A stretch of DNA of 64,000 bases from Chlamydiota bacterium (GTDB lineage: Bacteria > Chlamydiota > Chlamydiia > Chlamydiales > RGXB01): assembly GCA_016866475.1 (NCBI GenBank), contig VGMF01000005.1:37340-101339 (forward strand), read 5' to 3'. Below, one piece after another: positions 47,604-57,336 of this stretch. Both the position numbers and the translations under genes were made by a program. The notes under the pieces are model-generated. The model saw only the letters and a list, made by a program, of their open reading frames with translations. It ran no database searches and was not told the origin of the DNA. How positions within the stretch are numbered: the stretch's first letter is position 1; the number at the start of each line of letters is the position of its first letter.

Positions 47604-48950
47604 CTACTTTCCAACACAAAAATGGCTAAAGATCTGGTTCAGAACCTCCTCGGTTACATTCCGTCCGATGATGGTTGCCAGCGAGTGGATGGCTGCCTTG
47701 ATATCCATCACCAAAAGCTCCCCCCCAATTCCGGCTTCAAGGCCCAGATACACTGTATCAAGAAAATCCAGAGCAGTTTCGACAGCTTCGAAGTGGCGCT
47801 TTTGGACTAAGATGACCTCGTCTTTTGAAAGTTTGCCATTCTGATTTTCTATCCAGTCCACTAATAGTTTTTGCAGAAGATCGATGCCTGAAAGATTTTT
47901 TGCAGACACGAGCACCCCTTTCGGCTCCGAGCCGGGGTGCATAAGATCGGATTTGTTTGTGACGACTATTGTTTTTGCAGGATCTGTCTTGTTGAGGAGC
48001 TCTGTTTCGATTAGAGTCCTAGGGCGCGAACCGTCGAGAATAAAAAGGACAAGGTCGCTCGAGTCTTTAGCGGATAGGGAGCGACGGATCCCCTCTTGTT
48101 CAATGACCTCATCGGTTTGCCTGATCCCGGCTGTGTCTATTAAAGTGAAATGGTGCCCAAAAAGTTGGATTTCACCCTCAATTAAATCTCGTGTTGTCCC
48201 TGCGATCGGGGTGACTATCGCCCGCTCTTTTTGCATAAGGGCATTCAGCAATGAGGATTTTCCGACGTTTGGGGCCCCTAAAAGACAAAGTTTTGTGGAT
48301 GTATTTAGAGTGCTCCCCGTAAAAAATGAATCCCGAAGGCGCTTCAGAGATTTGATCACAGAGCCAAGCTGATCTAGGTACTCTTCGTTTGATAAAAACT
48401 CAAGCCCCTCCTCAGGATAATCTACCGATGCTTCCATGACAGCTGCAAGGTAAAATAATTGTTCTTGAAGGTGAAGAATTTTTTCAGACAGATGCCCTTC
48501 AAGCTGATTTTTTGCAACCATTAGAGCGCTGCTGTTTTTTGCATGGATCAACATCTGGATCGATTCGGCTTTTGCAAGATCGATTTTGCCGTTCATGAAA
48601 GCTCTTAGGGTGAATTCTCCGGGCAAGGCCGGAACCGCTCCTGCATCAAGGGTAGATTCAAGAATTTTTTTACAGATAAGCTGGCCACCGTGGCATTGGA
48701 TTTCAACAACATCTTCCCCGGTAAAGGAGCGGGGAGAACACATCTTAAAAATCAATACCTCGTCCAGGACCTCCCCGTTACAATCGACGGCCTTAGTAAA
48801 ATATACTTTATGGGTATCCCCTTTTTTGAGGTCAAAAAGGACAACTTTGCTTGCGACAAGCACAGCGTTTGGGCCACTTAAGCGGATAATCCCCACTCCG
48901 CCGTCTCCCGGAGGGGTCGCAATCGCCGTAATAGTCTTTTTTTCGCTCAT
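47604..48950 (-). CDS. mnmE: tRNA modification GTPase MnmE (TrmE)
   Basis: N-terminal TIAAIATPPGDGGVGIIRLSG. G-domain GAPNVGKSSLLNAL, DTAGIR, TNKSD. C-terminal ending CVGK. Confidence 0.9.
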   Translation of the reverse strand: MSEKKTITAIATPPGDGGVGIIRLSGPNAVLVASKVVLFDLKKGDTHKVYFTKAVDCNGEVLDEVLIFKMCSPRSFTGEDVVEIQCHGGQLICKKILESTLDAGAVPALPGEFTLRAFMNGKIDLAKAESIQMLIHAKNSSALMVAKNQLEGHLSEKILHLQEQLFYLAAVMEASVDYPEEGLEFLSNEEYLDQLGSVIKSLKRLRDSFFTGSTLNTSTKLCLLGAPNVGKSSLLNALMQKERAIVTPIAGTTRDLIEGEIQLFGHHFTLIDTAGIRQTDEVIEQEGIRRSLSAKDSSDLVLFILDGSRPRTLIETELLNKTDPAKTIVVTNKSDLMHPGSEPKGVLVSAKNLSGIDLLQKLLVDWIENQNGKLSKDEVILVQKRHFEAVETALDFLDTVYLGLEAGIGGELLVMDIKAAIHSLATIIGRNVTEEVLNQIFSHFCVGK

Positions 48951-48965
48951 AAGAGAAGAATTTTA

Positions 48966-49562
48966 TCATATCTTCGTCTTGAGAGCAACTTTCAAAAGTT
49001 CCTGCAGGGGTGCATTTTTTGAAAGGGTCTCTTTTGCAGACAAAACCTTCTTTCTGGCCTCTGTAGAGGTGTACCCGATATGAATCAACGCCTGAACGGC
49101 ATCCTCATGGTCGGTTTTTTCCATCGGGACATTTTGCAATTTCCCTTTAAGTTCCACAATGATCCGCTCGGCCGATTTTTTGCCAATTCCGGGGACCTTA
49201 ATAAGAGTCTCGACTTCGCCGTATTCAATCGCTTGTTGGAGGATATCCTGGGTGAGATGTCCCAAGAGGGATAGTGTGGTTTTAGGGCCGATTGAGGGGT
49301 GCAAAGTTTCAAAAAGTCTTTTTTCTCCTTTATCCATAAATCCAAATAAGCGGTTGGAGTCTTCGCGAAAAATTTGGGTGGTATGAAAAATGATATTTTG
49401 ACCCTGAAGGTGACAAATCCGGTCAAATGTAGTCAAAGTAATGTGTATCCCATAACCGATTCCGGATACAAGGACTGTTGCTTTTACCGTGGTGAGGTCG
49501 ATTAATTTTCCTTCTAAATATTCAATCATACAATTCTCGCTTTCAGGCGGTTTAAGTGGCAA
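48966..49562 (-). CDS. ruvA: Holliday junction branch-migration protein RuvA
   Basis: MIEYLEGKLID N-terminal OB domain. Two HhH motifs (VPGIGKKSAERII). Confidence 0.85.
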   Translation of the reverse strand: MPLKPPESENCMIEYLEGKLIDLTTVKATVLVSGIGYGIHITLTTFDRICHLQGQNIIFHTTQIFREDSNRLFGFMDKGEKRLFETLHPSIGPKTTLSLLGHLTQDILQQAIEYGEVETLIKVPGIGKKSAERIIVELKGKLQNVPMEKTDHEDAVQALIHIGYTSTEARKKVLSAKETLSKNAPLQELLKVALKTKI

Positions 49563-50011
49563 TAGGCCAAGGCAATAGCGTCCGTTGCATCAAAAGGTTC
49601 TTCAAAATTTTGCCGAAATAGTAGTTTGCACATCTTCTGCACCTCCTCTTTTGTGGCGTTTCCTCTACCTGTGATCCCCCTTTTTGCCTCTGAAGGGGAG
49701 TACTCGAATGCTTCTACACCGTGGTGGTCGGCAAGGGCAAGAAGCACCCCTCTAGACATCGCTATAGCCATCGCAGCTTTTGGATTGATCCCGACAAATT
49801 GTCCTTCTATTGCAATTTGCATAGGCTTGTGGACTTCTATGATTTGAGAAGCTTCGCGGTAAAGCAGCCCGAGCCTTTTTTGCAGCGGCATGCTGGGTCG
49901 GATTGCAATATGCCCAAACTGAAGAAGAGAGATTTTTAAACCATCGGCCTCCAAAAGCGCCCAGCCCGCTTTTTCCGTTCCTGGATCAAATCCAAGGATG
50001 ATTTTTTTCAT
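49526..50011 (-). CDS. ruvC: crossover junction endodeoxyribonuclease RuvC
   Basis: ILGFDPGTEKAGWAL start with RNase H-fold acidic residues. Overlaps ruvA in a ruvC-ruvA operon. Confidence 0.85.
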   Translation of the reverse strand: MKKIILGFDPGTEKAGWALLEADGLKISLLQFGHIAIRPSMPLQKRLGLLYREASQIIEVHKPMQIAIEGQFVGINPKAAMAIAMSRGVLLALADHHGVEAFEYSPSEAKRGITGRGNATKEEVQKMCKLLFRQNFEEPFDATDAIALAYCHLNRLKARIV

Positions 50012-50043
50012 ACGCCCTCATCATGATTATTGTTTTGAGATTA

Positions 50044-50185
50044 TAGTCTTTTAAATTAGGATTGAACCTTTTTTCTAAAAGATGGCTCCAGATTTTTTGT
50101 TGGCTTTAGCCACGCCTAAGCAGGCTGGCAAAAAGATAAAGATAATCTTAACGAAAAAATGTTCAATCCTAATTTAAAAGACTAT
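50044..50185. repeat. MITE-like palindromic element, copy 2: perfect 25-bp terminal inverted repeats (atagtcttttaaattaggattgaac) around a 92-bp spacer
   Basis: Left arm 50044-50068 and right arm 50161-50185 are exact reverse complements. The spacer contains small hairpins (tggctttagcca). Located upstream of the PP2C-like gene. Homologous to copy 1 at 14473-14651. Confidence 0.8.
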
Positions 50186-50363
50186 GAAGGAGGTTTACGT
50201 TATCGCACAATCTTTTCTAATGGGTGCACAGCTTGTGAAAAAATTAAAAAAACTATTTACACAATGTTAAGGAGCCACTTTCTCGCTTAATGCAAAGTTA
50301 AAATTTTACTTATATATATCTGCTCTGTTATGTTGTGAGAAATAGTAATATGGAGTAAATACT

Positions 50364-51500
50364 ATGAGTACTAATCCAACAAGAGGAGCATCCGAGGCAG
50401 GCTCTTCATTCTTTGATTTTTGTAGCGGTGCAAGAAGAGTCCCTGAAGAACCTGAGAAGAGTTTCTTTGATAGCATCAGTGAATTTTTTGGACTGGGCTG
50501 TGTTTCAAGACGGGGTGGAGCGTCTGTTTTTTCTAAAGAGAGAATCGCAATTGGGGATAGAGAAAAGCTTCTGAAAAACCTGTTCAAGGCTTTCGTCGAG
50601 AGGGAAGGAGCAACAGGTATTCAAGATTTTGAAAGGCGTATCCGTGCAGATATCTCCCGAGCAACCAATGGGGTGGTGTGTAAAGAGTGTTATATCTTCA
50701 AAGAATCCAATAAGACGGAATTAAAACAGGTGGATCAGCGCATAGACCAAGCCAATCCCATCACTGCATTCGCCCTGTTTGAAGGGATTTTCAGCAAAGA
50801 TATCGCAGATTTTTTGCAAGTGAGGATCCAGGCCATAATCCCCCCGTTAGTCCATGCGGGGTTGAGCCCAAAAGAGGTTTTAATCCGTGCTTTTCACGAG
50901 TTGGAGGCGAATGTTTTGTCTCTAAAAGGCTATGAGGCGATAGGTGCAAATGGGGTTGTATCTATCATTGATCATGAGACTGCAATGGTCTACACAGCTA
51001 CATTAGGGAACTCGCGTGCCTACTTGATCAACAAGGGAGCTCAAAGAGGATTGATTTCGTTGAGCAATACAAGGAATTTTTCCTCAAAAAGAGATATCAT
51101 CCGATTGGATCGAGCATTGAAGGTGCTCCACAAGACAAGAACAGATTGCTATATTCCTTTCTCAGGCGAGTACCGATGGCCAAATGCTAAGGAGGGGGTG
51201 CCCCATTCCAGGGCGCTTGGATTGGTTGCCTATAACTCCTGCTCCAAGTTAGACAAGTCCTTATGGCCAATCAGTGCAAAACCCAAGATCACCTGTTGCC
51301 CTTTGAGAGGGAGAGATACTTTGGTGATGGGCACAAAGCCGTTTTTTGAGATGTACCCGATCGAGCTTTTTGAAGAAGCGATCGAGGCAAATCCCAAATC
51401 AAATTTGCAACATATCCTTTTAAAGGCGATGCCCTTGGGACGGGAAATAAAAGAATTTGCAGGCGTTGCGGTTGTAAGTTTCAGTGAAAAACGGGGTTGA
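50364..51500 (+). CDS. PP2C (PPM)-fold protein with degenerate metal-binding motifs; novel about 190-aa N-terminal region
   Basis: PPM-like motif order. VYTATLGNSRAYL replaces the GDSRAYL motif. SRALGLVAY replaces RALGD. TLVMGTKPFFEMYP replaces the ASDGLWD-type motif. The Asp metal ligands are replaced by N, L and T. Confidence 0.45.
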   Translation: MSTNPTRGASEAGSSFFDFCSGARRVPEEPEKSFFDSISEFFGLGCVSRRGGASVFSKERIAIGDREKLLKNLFKAFVEREGATGIQDFERRIRADISRATNGVVCKECYIFKESNKTELKQVDQRIDQANPITAFALFEGIFSKDIADFLQVRIQAIIPPLVHAGLSPKEVLIRAFHELEANVLSLKGYEAIGANGVVSIIDHETAMVYTATLGNSRAYLINKGAQRGLISLSNTRNFSSKRDIIRLDRALKVLHKTRTDCYIPFSGEYRWPNAKEGVPHSRALGLVAYNSCSKLDKSLWPISAKPKITCCPLRGRDTLVMGTKPFFEMYPIELFEEAIEANPKSNLQHILLKAMPLGREIKEFAGVAVVSFSEKRG

Positions 51501-51507
51501 ATGCTTT

Positions 51508-51538
51508 TATAGTCTTTTAACCGCTACTTAAAAGACAT
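51508..51538. repeat. partial copy/hairpin of the tatagtcttttaa repeat family
   Basis: tatAGTCTTTTAAccgctacTTAAAAGACat: a 9-bp stem sharing its 13-nt core with the inverted-repeat arms at 50044 and 14473. Lies 8 nt after the PP2C-like stop. Confidence 0.5.
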
Positions 51539-51637
51539 AAGATCGAGACATAAAAAAACTCTACCTCCAGTGAGAAAAGCTTCCCACGGGGATAGAGGTT
51601 TTTTTAAGTACATCCGAATTTCAAGTAGTGTTGAAAT

Positions 51638-52978
51638 TTATTGGAGCTGGAATTCCCCTTTTTCAATCTTTTTAGGGTTTTGAACAGTGCCAAGATATTC
51701 GGGCATCTTCAGGCCTGCCATGTTGGCAACGTCGTGAAGCGGGGGTAATGACTTGACAAACTGGCTCAGGAAATTGGAGGTGGTCGATTTCTGACTTTCC
51801 CCCTGGTTCCCAGAATCCCAAACGGTAATTTTATCAATTTTGATGTTTTTGAGCGCCTCTGTTTGCAAGGAAACCATCGTTTCAAGTTTTTCCATCAAAA
51901 GCAAAGTAGATGCACTCTGTGCGTCTTGGTTGCAGGCGTCGATAAGCAACTTATACCCTTGGGCTTTTGCATCCAAAATTTTCTGAATTCCCAGTGCTTC
52001 CGCCTCTTTGATCAGGAGGATAGCCTCGGCTTCTCCCTTGGCAATCAGAATTTTTCTCTCTGCTTCTGCTTGGGCCTCAATTTCAATTTTGCGCTTTTCG
52101 ATCTGTTGAGGAACAATTTGCTCAGCCTCTAATCTATGCGTATTGGAAAGCGTTTTGGCTTTTTGGATCTCCGCTTCAGCTTGTTGCATGGCAACCTGGC
52201 TTCTCCGTTTTGCATCGGCCTCTTTTTCCGCCAGCAGCGCATCTGTGGTTGCGATTTCAGCTCTCGACTCATTTTCTCCACGCACCGCATCGGCGTTGTA
52301 GCTTGCTACGAGAATTCTGCAATCTCTTTCTTGGGACGCCTTTCCAACTTCTCCCTGTTTTTCCTGCTCCGCAACATCAACTTTTGCCTGATTCACCGCC
52401 GTGGAGGAGGCCTTTTTTCCGATGCTGTCGATATACTCCGACTCGTCGGTGATGTCGGTAATGTTCACGTTGAGCAAGGTAAGGCCTATTTTATGTAGCT
52501 CCTCCTCGATATTGTCTTTGATTGCCTCTAGGAACCGCTCACGATCCTGATTGATTTCCTCGATCCTTAAAGAAGCGATTGTGAGACGTAGCTGGCCTGT
52601 GATGATTTCTGTCGCCATCATTTCAATACTGCGCGCGTCTAAATCTAGGAGCCGGACAGCCGCATTTTGCATAATTTCGGGGCTGATTCCCAATGCAACA
52701 GTAAAAGTGCTTGGGATGTTCACACGGATGTTTTGCTGCGACAAGGCCCCTTTTAGTGAGATGTGGATTGTTTTCGGTGTGAGATCTAAAAATGCATATC
52801 CCTGGATCAAAGGCCAGACAATCCGCCCACCGCCGTGATGGCATTGAATCGTTTTCCCAAATCCGACACGTCCGTAGACAACAAGAATTTTATTCGAGGG
52901 GCAGCGTTGATAAAGCTTTATTAGGATTAAAACAGATAGACTCAACGCGCCGAGAAAGATTAAGGTCATGTATGCCAT
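51638..52978 (-). CDS. flotillin-like SPFH/band-7 domain protein
   Basis: N-terminal TM. SPFH domain. Long Ala/Glu-rich coiled-coil (EAEA/AEAE repeats), typical of flotillin (FloA/YqiK-like). Confidence 0.8.
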   Translation of the reverse strand: MAYMTLIFLGALSLSVLILIKLYQRCPSNKILVVYGRVGFGKTIQCHHGGGRIVWPLIQGYAFLDLTPKTIHISLKGALSQQNIRVNIPSTFTVALGISPEIMQNAAVRLLDLDARSIEMMATEIITGQLRLTIASLRIEEINQDRERFLEAIKDNIEEELHKIGLTLLNVNITDITDESEYIDSIGKKASSTAVNQAKVDVAEQEKQGEVGKASQERDCRILVASYNADAVRGENESRAEIATTDALLAEKEADAKRRSQVAMQQAEAEIQKAKTLSNTHRLEAEQIVPQQIEKRKIEIEAQAEAERKILIAKGEAEAILLIKEAEALGIQKILDAKAQGYKLLIDACNQDAQSASTLLLMEKLETMVSLQTEALKNIKIDKITVWDSGNQGESQKSTTSNFLSQFVKSLPPLHDVANMAGLKMPEYLGTVQNPKKIEKGEFQLQ

Positions 52979-53123
52979 GGTACCCCCTTTTTTTTTAAAA
53001 GGTGCAAGACTTTATAGCACAAGGCTATAGCATTTCTTTTTTTGAAGACAATAGATGCCCTCATAAAAAAAGTCTAAAGGAGCCAAATAAAATAGGTCAA
53101 TTTTTAAATAAAAAAATAAAGTT

Positions 53124-54005
53124 TTATTCCCTCAGCGGTGAGGGGTGCAGAAGATAGTGTCCAAACAGGTTGATGGCAAGTCCGGTTAAAACCAGGATTG
53201 TAGCTAAGAGTTTCCAAATGGGCAAAGGTTCGTCTAAAAAAATGGTTCCTCCAAACAGGGCAAATATGGGGGTCAATAGAGTGAAGGGGGTGACCGCCTT
53301 TAGAGGGTTGTTGTGCACAAGCCAAGACCAGGCTCCGTAGGCGAACAGAGTCGCAAGGTAGGTAATATAAGCGGCGCCAATCCAAAAATCTATTTGTGTG
53401 TTGAATAGAGTGTCGATAAAAACAGTCGGCCCCTCTATTGCAAGGGATAAAGCAAGCAAAATAGGCCAAGCGATGCAACTGCCCCATGCAACAAGAGAAA
53501 AACTGTTGACTTGACCTACTTTTTTTGTGATCAGGTTGCCCAAGCTTGAACAGGCTGCAGTACCCAAGATGCATAACAATCCCCCATAGGAGATACTGGA
53601 GTCCAGATTCCATATGACCGTTCCAATCCCTAAAAAAGAGATCATGCAGCCGATCCAGTTCCATAAGCGGATTTTCTCTTCAAACACATACATCCCGATG
53701 AAAAGGCTGAAAAAAACTTGTACCTGCAGAATGAGAGAGGAGAGTCCTGCAGGCATCCCTAAATAGAGGCCCAGAAAAAGTAGCCCGAACTGGATAACAA
53801 ACACCACGACGCCATACAAAAGCAAAAGAGAAAAATGCGTTTTTGGTCTTTTGGTGAAAAGCACAAGTGGAATGCTAGTGAGAAAAAAGCGTAAAAAGCA
53901 CAAAGTAAGGGGCTTTGTTTCTAAAAGGCAAAATTTAATAACGACAAAATTTAGACCCCAAATGAAAGTAATAAGTAGAGAAATGAAAAGGCTCAAAAAC
54001 GGCAT
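53124..54005 (-). CDS. EamA/DMT-superfamily transporter
   Basis: 293 aa, ten predicted TM helices in two 5-TM EamA repeats. Confidence 0.8.
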   Translation of the reverse strand: MPFLSLFISLLITFIWGLNFVVIKFCLLETKPLTLCFLRFFLTSIPLVLFTKRPKTHFSLLLLYGVVVFVIQFGLLFLGLYLGMPAGLSSLILQVQVFFSLFIGMYVFEEKIRLWNWIGCMISFLGIGTVIWNLDSSISYGGLLCILGTAACSSLGNLITKKVGQVNSFSLVAWGSCIAWPILLALSLAIEGPTVFIDTLFNTQIDFWIGAAYITYLATLFAYGAWSWLVHNNPLKAVTPFTLLTPIFALFGGTIFLDEPLPIWKLLATILVLTGLAINLFGHYLLHPSPLRE

Positions 54006-54294
54006 GGTTGTTTTTTGCTCCCTAAAGGGGTTTTTGAATATACCCCTTTTTTGAGTTGTTTGGCGAGCTAAAGAGATGAAAAGAAAAACATAAGCTTTCT
54101 AAAGTGGCTGACGAAACATTTTTCTTCTCTACTATGCAATTTTCTCCTTGTAGTACTTCTCCCCCTTTAAGGATATTCAAGGAAAAAAAACGGTAAAAAA
54201 GACATAATTGCAAACCTAATCCGGTTTTAGACTGATAGGTTGGACCGGATACCTTTTTTGAAAGTAGTGTATAAAAGATTCTTTTTTATTTTTT

Positions 54295-55080
54295 ATGAAG
54301 AAATATGGTGTTGTGATTTTGGCGGCTGGGGATGCCACCCGTCTTCGACTAGATATCCCGAAAGGTCTAGTTAAGATCCACGGTGCGTCCTTGTTGGAAA
54401 GAATTTTAAAAAAATGCCCTGAAGATGTCGCAATCATGACTTCGATCAAGAATCACGAGCAGATAAAAGAGCATGTAGAGGATCTAGGTTTGCAAAATAA
54501 AAGATTTCTTTTTTTCAATCAAAAATCGGCCCCTGTTTTGGGGGTCGACACCTTGAGCCCGATGGGAAATGGAGATTTATTCAGGGCTTTTGCCGAATCG
54601 GGAGTGCTCCAGACATTCCGGGAAAGGGGGGTGGAAAGGATTGTGGTTTGTCCTGTTGACAACCCATTGGTGCAACCCGGGTTTTGGGGACTGCATCAAA
54701 ATGCGGAACTTGTGGTTTTAGCTGTAGAAAAAAAATCTGAAAACGAGTCTGTAGGGACGATTTTCACGGACGATAAATTGAGCGTAAAGGAGTACACCTC
54801 TTTTAAAAATTCTGAGGGGCTAGCCTATGCCGGAATTTTTTCAGCAGCCCTTTCTTTCTTTGAAAGGGCTGCCCGTATGGACCCTTTGGTTAAAGTGCAT
54901 AAAATTAAAAAGGTGCAACGGGGGGTAGAAGTAGTAAAACAGGAAAAATTTGTATTTGATTTTTTTCCCCTTGCTCGAAACTTCGAGGTAGTGAAAGTGG
55001 ATCGCAGCACCCATTTTTTACCAATCAAAAGGGATGTGGGGGCAGATAGCTTGGAAGATGCATTAAGGGTTTTATCATGA
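54295..55080 (+). CDS. UDPGP-family (eukaryotic-type UDP-sugar / UDP-GlcNAc pyrophosphorylase-like) nucleotidyltransferase, short form
   Basis: VVILAAGDATRLRLDIPKG matches the LxGGxGTRLG...PKG motif. SPMGNGDLFRAF matches PDGNGGLY. IVVCPVDNPLV matches YCVDNILV. The protein is shorter than canonical UAP1/UGP. Confidence 0.5.
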   Translation: MKKYGVVILAAGDATRLRLDIPKGLVKIHGASLLERILKKCPEDVAIMTSIKNHEQIKEHVEDLGLQNKRFLFFNQKSAPVLGVDTLSPMGNGDLFRAFAESGVLQTFRERGVERIVVCPVDNPLVQPGFWGLHQNAELVVLAVEKKSENESVGTIFTDDKLSVKEYTSFKNSEGLAYAGIFSAALSFFERAARMDPLVKVHKIKKVQRGVEVVKQEKFVFDFFPLARNFEVVKVDRSTHFLPIKRDVGADSLEDALRVLS

Positions 55081-56015
55081 TCAAAAGAGTGACGATTTTA
55101 GGGAGTGGAGCTTGGGCGTTTGCCCTTTCGCAGGCGCTGAAAAATGTGGATGTGCAGATGTACTCCATCGAAAAAGAGGTGATAGAATCGATACGGACTC
55201 ATAAAAAACACCCGAGGTTTCCTGTCGTAGAGTTGGGGAATCCCATCTCTATCGATGAGCATTTACATAAAGCTATAGAAAATGCAGACCTGTTGATAGA
55301 ATCGGTCACTTCGCAAGGATTTGAGCCGGTTGTGCGGGCCTTAAAAGAGCTCAATTGTCAGATTCCGATATTGATTACATCTAAAGGGATCAATCATAAA
55401 GGGCAAACTCTATATGAAATAGCTAAAGAGATTGGGTTGGATGGAGTTGCCGTTTTAAGCGGAGCGACCTTTGCTGACGAGGTTTTGGATAAAAAAACTA
55501 CGTGCGCAACTATCGCCTGTCTGGATCCGAAATTACGCGCTATGATTATCCGGATTTTCAACAATGATTTTTTCTTTACAGAGGAATCGGATCATCCGAT
55601 ACCCTGTATGCTCGGCGGTGCGATGAAAAATATCTACGCAATTTTATGCGGGTTGCTTGAGGGGCTTAACTACGGAAAAAATGCTAGGGCGGCCTTGATC
55701 ACGAAGGGCTACCATGAGATGAAAGAGTTTCTTAAGTTTAGAGGGTTTGATCCCTCTAGCATTGAGGGGTACTCCGGTTTGGCGGATCTTATATTGACCT
55801 GTTCATCCGAAAAAAGTCGCAACTTCCAGTGCGGGTTGAACATAGCTCGCGGCATGTCTCCTGAGGAGGCGAGGGGAAGTGTCGGTATGGTGGTAGAGGG
55901 GGCATTTGCTGCAAAGGCCATCCATAGCGTCATTCAATTGCCTATTGCCCAAATCGTTTACAAGATTTTATATGAAGGGTATGGTGCAAAACAAGAAGCC
56001 CGGAAGATTTTTTGA
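55077..56015 (+). CDS. gpsA: NAD(P)H-dependent glycerol-3-phosphate dehydrogenase
   Basis: N-terminal Rossmann ILGSGAWAFALS. Catalytic region with KGI and GAMKN segments. Confidence 0.85.
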   Translation: MIKRVTILGSGAWAFALSQALKNVDVQMYSIEKEVIESIRTHKKHPRFPVVELGNPISIDEHLHKAIENADLLIESVTSQGFEPVVRALKELNCQIPILITSKGINHKGQTLYEIAKEIGLDGVAVLSGATFADEVLDKKTTCATIACLDPKLRAMIIRIFNNDFFFTEESDHPIPCMLGGAMKNIYAILCGLLEGLNYGKNARAALITKGYHEMKEFLKFRGFDPSSIEGYSGLADLILTCSSEKSRNFQCGLNIARGMSPEEARGSVGMVVEGAFAAKAIHSVIQLPIAQIVYKILYEGYGAKQEARKIF

Positions 56016-57322
56016 ACCCCTACGAAATCCCTTTTGATAAAGTTGTCTCCTCTGAAGAGGAGCGTCGTATTGAAGATTTAGCTATCGGAGCCGGTAATAA
56101 TCCGCATGTCTTTAATCAGAAAGCCGGCGAAGCGGTAGCCTCGGCTGTGGACCGTTTCATCAAAAAACATTCTATTTTGCCCATTGTCCATTGTTTGATA
56201 GGCAAGGGGAATAACGGCAAGGATGGGACGCAGGCAATCCATTTTCTTAAAGAGCTTGGGTATGAAATCCACCAAGGGGTTGACCACTTAGATCGGGGAG
56301 GCGTGATCCTTGACGCCCTTTACGGTATAGGATTTCATGGAGAAATTTTAGGTGATGAGGCACGCCTTGTCATGGCCGCCAACGGGTGTGGTTTACCAAT
56401 CATCGCGGTGGATATCCCTTCGGGTATTCATGGCAGCACCGGTTATGCAAGTGTATACCATATCCAAGCATCCCATTGTGTGGCGATTGGGACCTACAAA
56501 TTAGGTCATGTAGTGGGAGCAGGCTACAAAGCATACAAAACAATAGAATTAGTCGGTTTTGGTCTACAGCAATCTTATTTCGATCAGATGGAAGAGGTGT
56601 GTCGCGTTGTCCGGTTGTCCGCCTTGGTGGAACCCGAAATGCCAAAAGTCGTCCACAAATATGACCGAGGATATGTAGGCATCCTAGCGGGTTCAAAGGG
56701 GATGGAGGGATCTGCGTATTTATGCGCCAAGGCTGCTCTTAGGGCCGGGGCCGGAATGGTGCGCCTTTTTTGCGACGAGGATTTTCATCTGCCACTTGTC
56801 GAGGCGGTGTTTTCTGAGCAGACAATCGATGCGTTCAGATTATGGGCGCCGAAGTTGGATGCTATTGTCATAGGTCCAGGGTTGGCCGAGACAAAAAAAG
56901 AGCTTATCGATGCGATTTTCGACTACCTCATGGATCATCCGAAACCGTTGATAGTGGATGCAGGTGCCATCCCTATCTATGTAAACAGGGTGAAAAAGCC
57001 GTTTGCAATGGTCACCCCGAACGAATCGGAGATGCGTCACTTGCGCAATTCAAAAAAAGAGGGATTTGTCCTTTTTGAAAAAGGGGCGCCAACTTGGATC
57101 TTTGAGCCAATACAACCCAAGCCTTATGTGATCCTTGAGGCAGAACCCCGATTAGCGACGGCAGGGGCTGGAGATATACTGGGCGGGATCATGGCTGCTT
57201 ACCTGATAAAGACAGGAGATTACCTGGAGTCGGCAGTCCTTGCGGCCCATCGCCTTTTGAAAGCTGTGGACTCCTGTTCATCCCCATTCCCGATCGCGAC
57301 CGATATTCTGGAAAAAATCTAG
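56012..57322 (+). CDS. nnr: bifunctional NAD(P)H-hydrate epimerase/dehydratase (YjeF_N plus YjeF_C)
   Basis: YjeF_N motif LIGKGNNGKDG. C-terminal carbohydrate-kinase-like motif GAGDILGG. Confidence 0.8.
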   Translation: MNPYEIPFDKVVSSEEERRIEDLAIGAGNNPHVFNQKAGEAVASAVDRFIKKHSILPIVHCLIGKGNNGKDGTQAIHFLKELGYEIHQGVDHLDRGGVILDALYGIGFHGEILGDEARLVMAANGCGLPIIAVDIPSGIHGSTGYASVYHIQASHCVAIGTYKLGHVVGAGYKAYKTIELVGFGLQQSYFDQMEEVCRVVRLSALVEPEMPKVVHKYDRGYVGILAGSKGMEGSAYLCAKAALRAGAGMVRLFCDEDFHLPLVEAVFSEQTIDAFRLWAPKLDAIVIGPGLAETKKELIDAIFDYLMDHPKPLIVDAGAIPIYVNRVKKPFAMVTPNESEMRHLRNSKKEGFVLFEKGAPTWIFEPIQPKPYVILEAEPRLATAGAGDILGGIMAAYLIKTGDYLESAVLAAHRLLKAVDSCSSPFPIATDILEKI

Positions 57323-57336
57323 CCTTTTTTGAAATT

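Noticed and set aside
53104-53664. 186-aa ORF overlapping the EamA transporter gene
   Set aside because: Different frame on the same strand as a 10-TM DMT transporter; Cys/His-rich compositional artefact.
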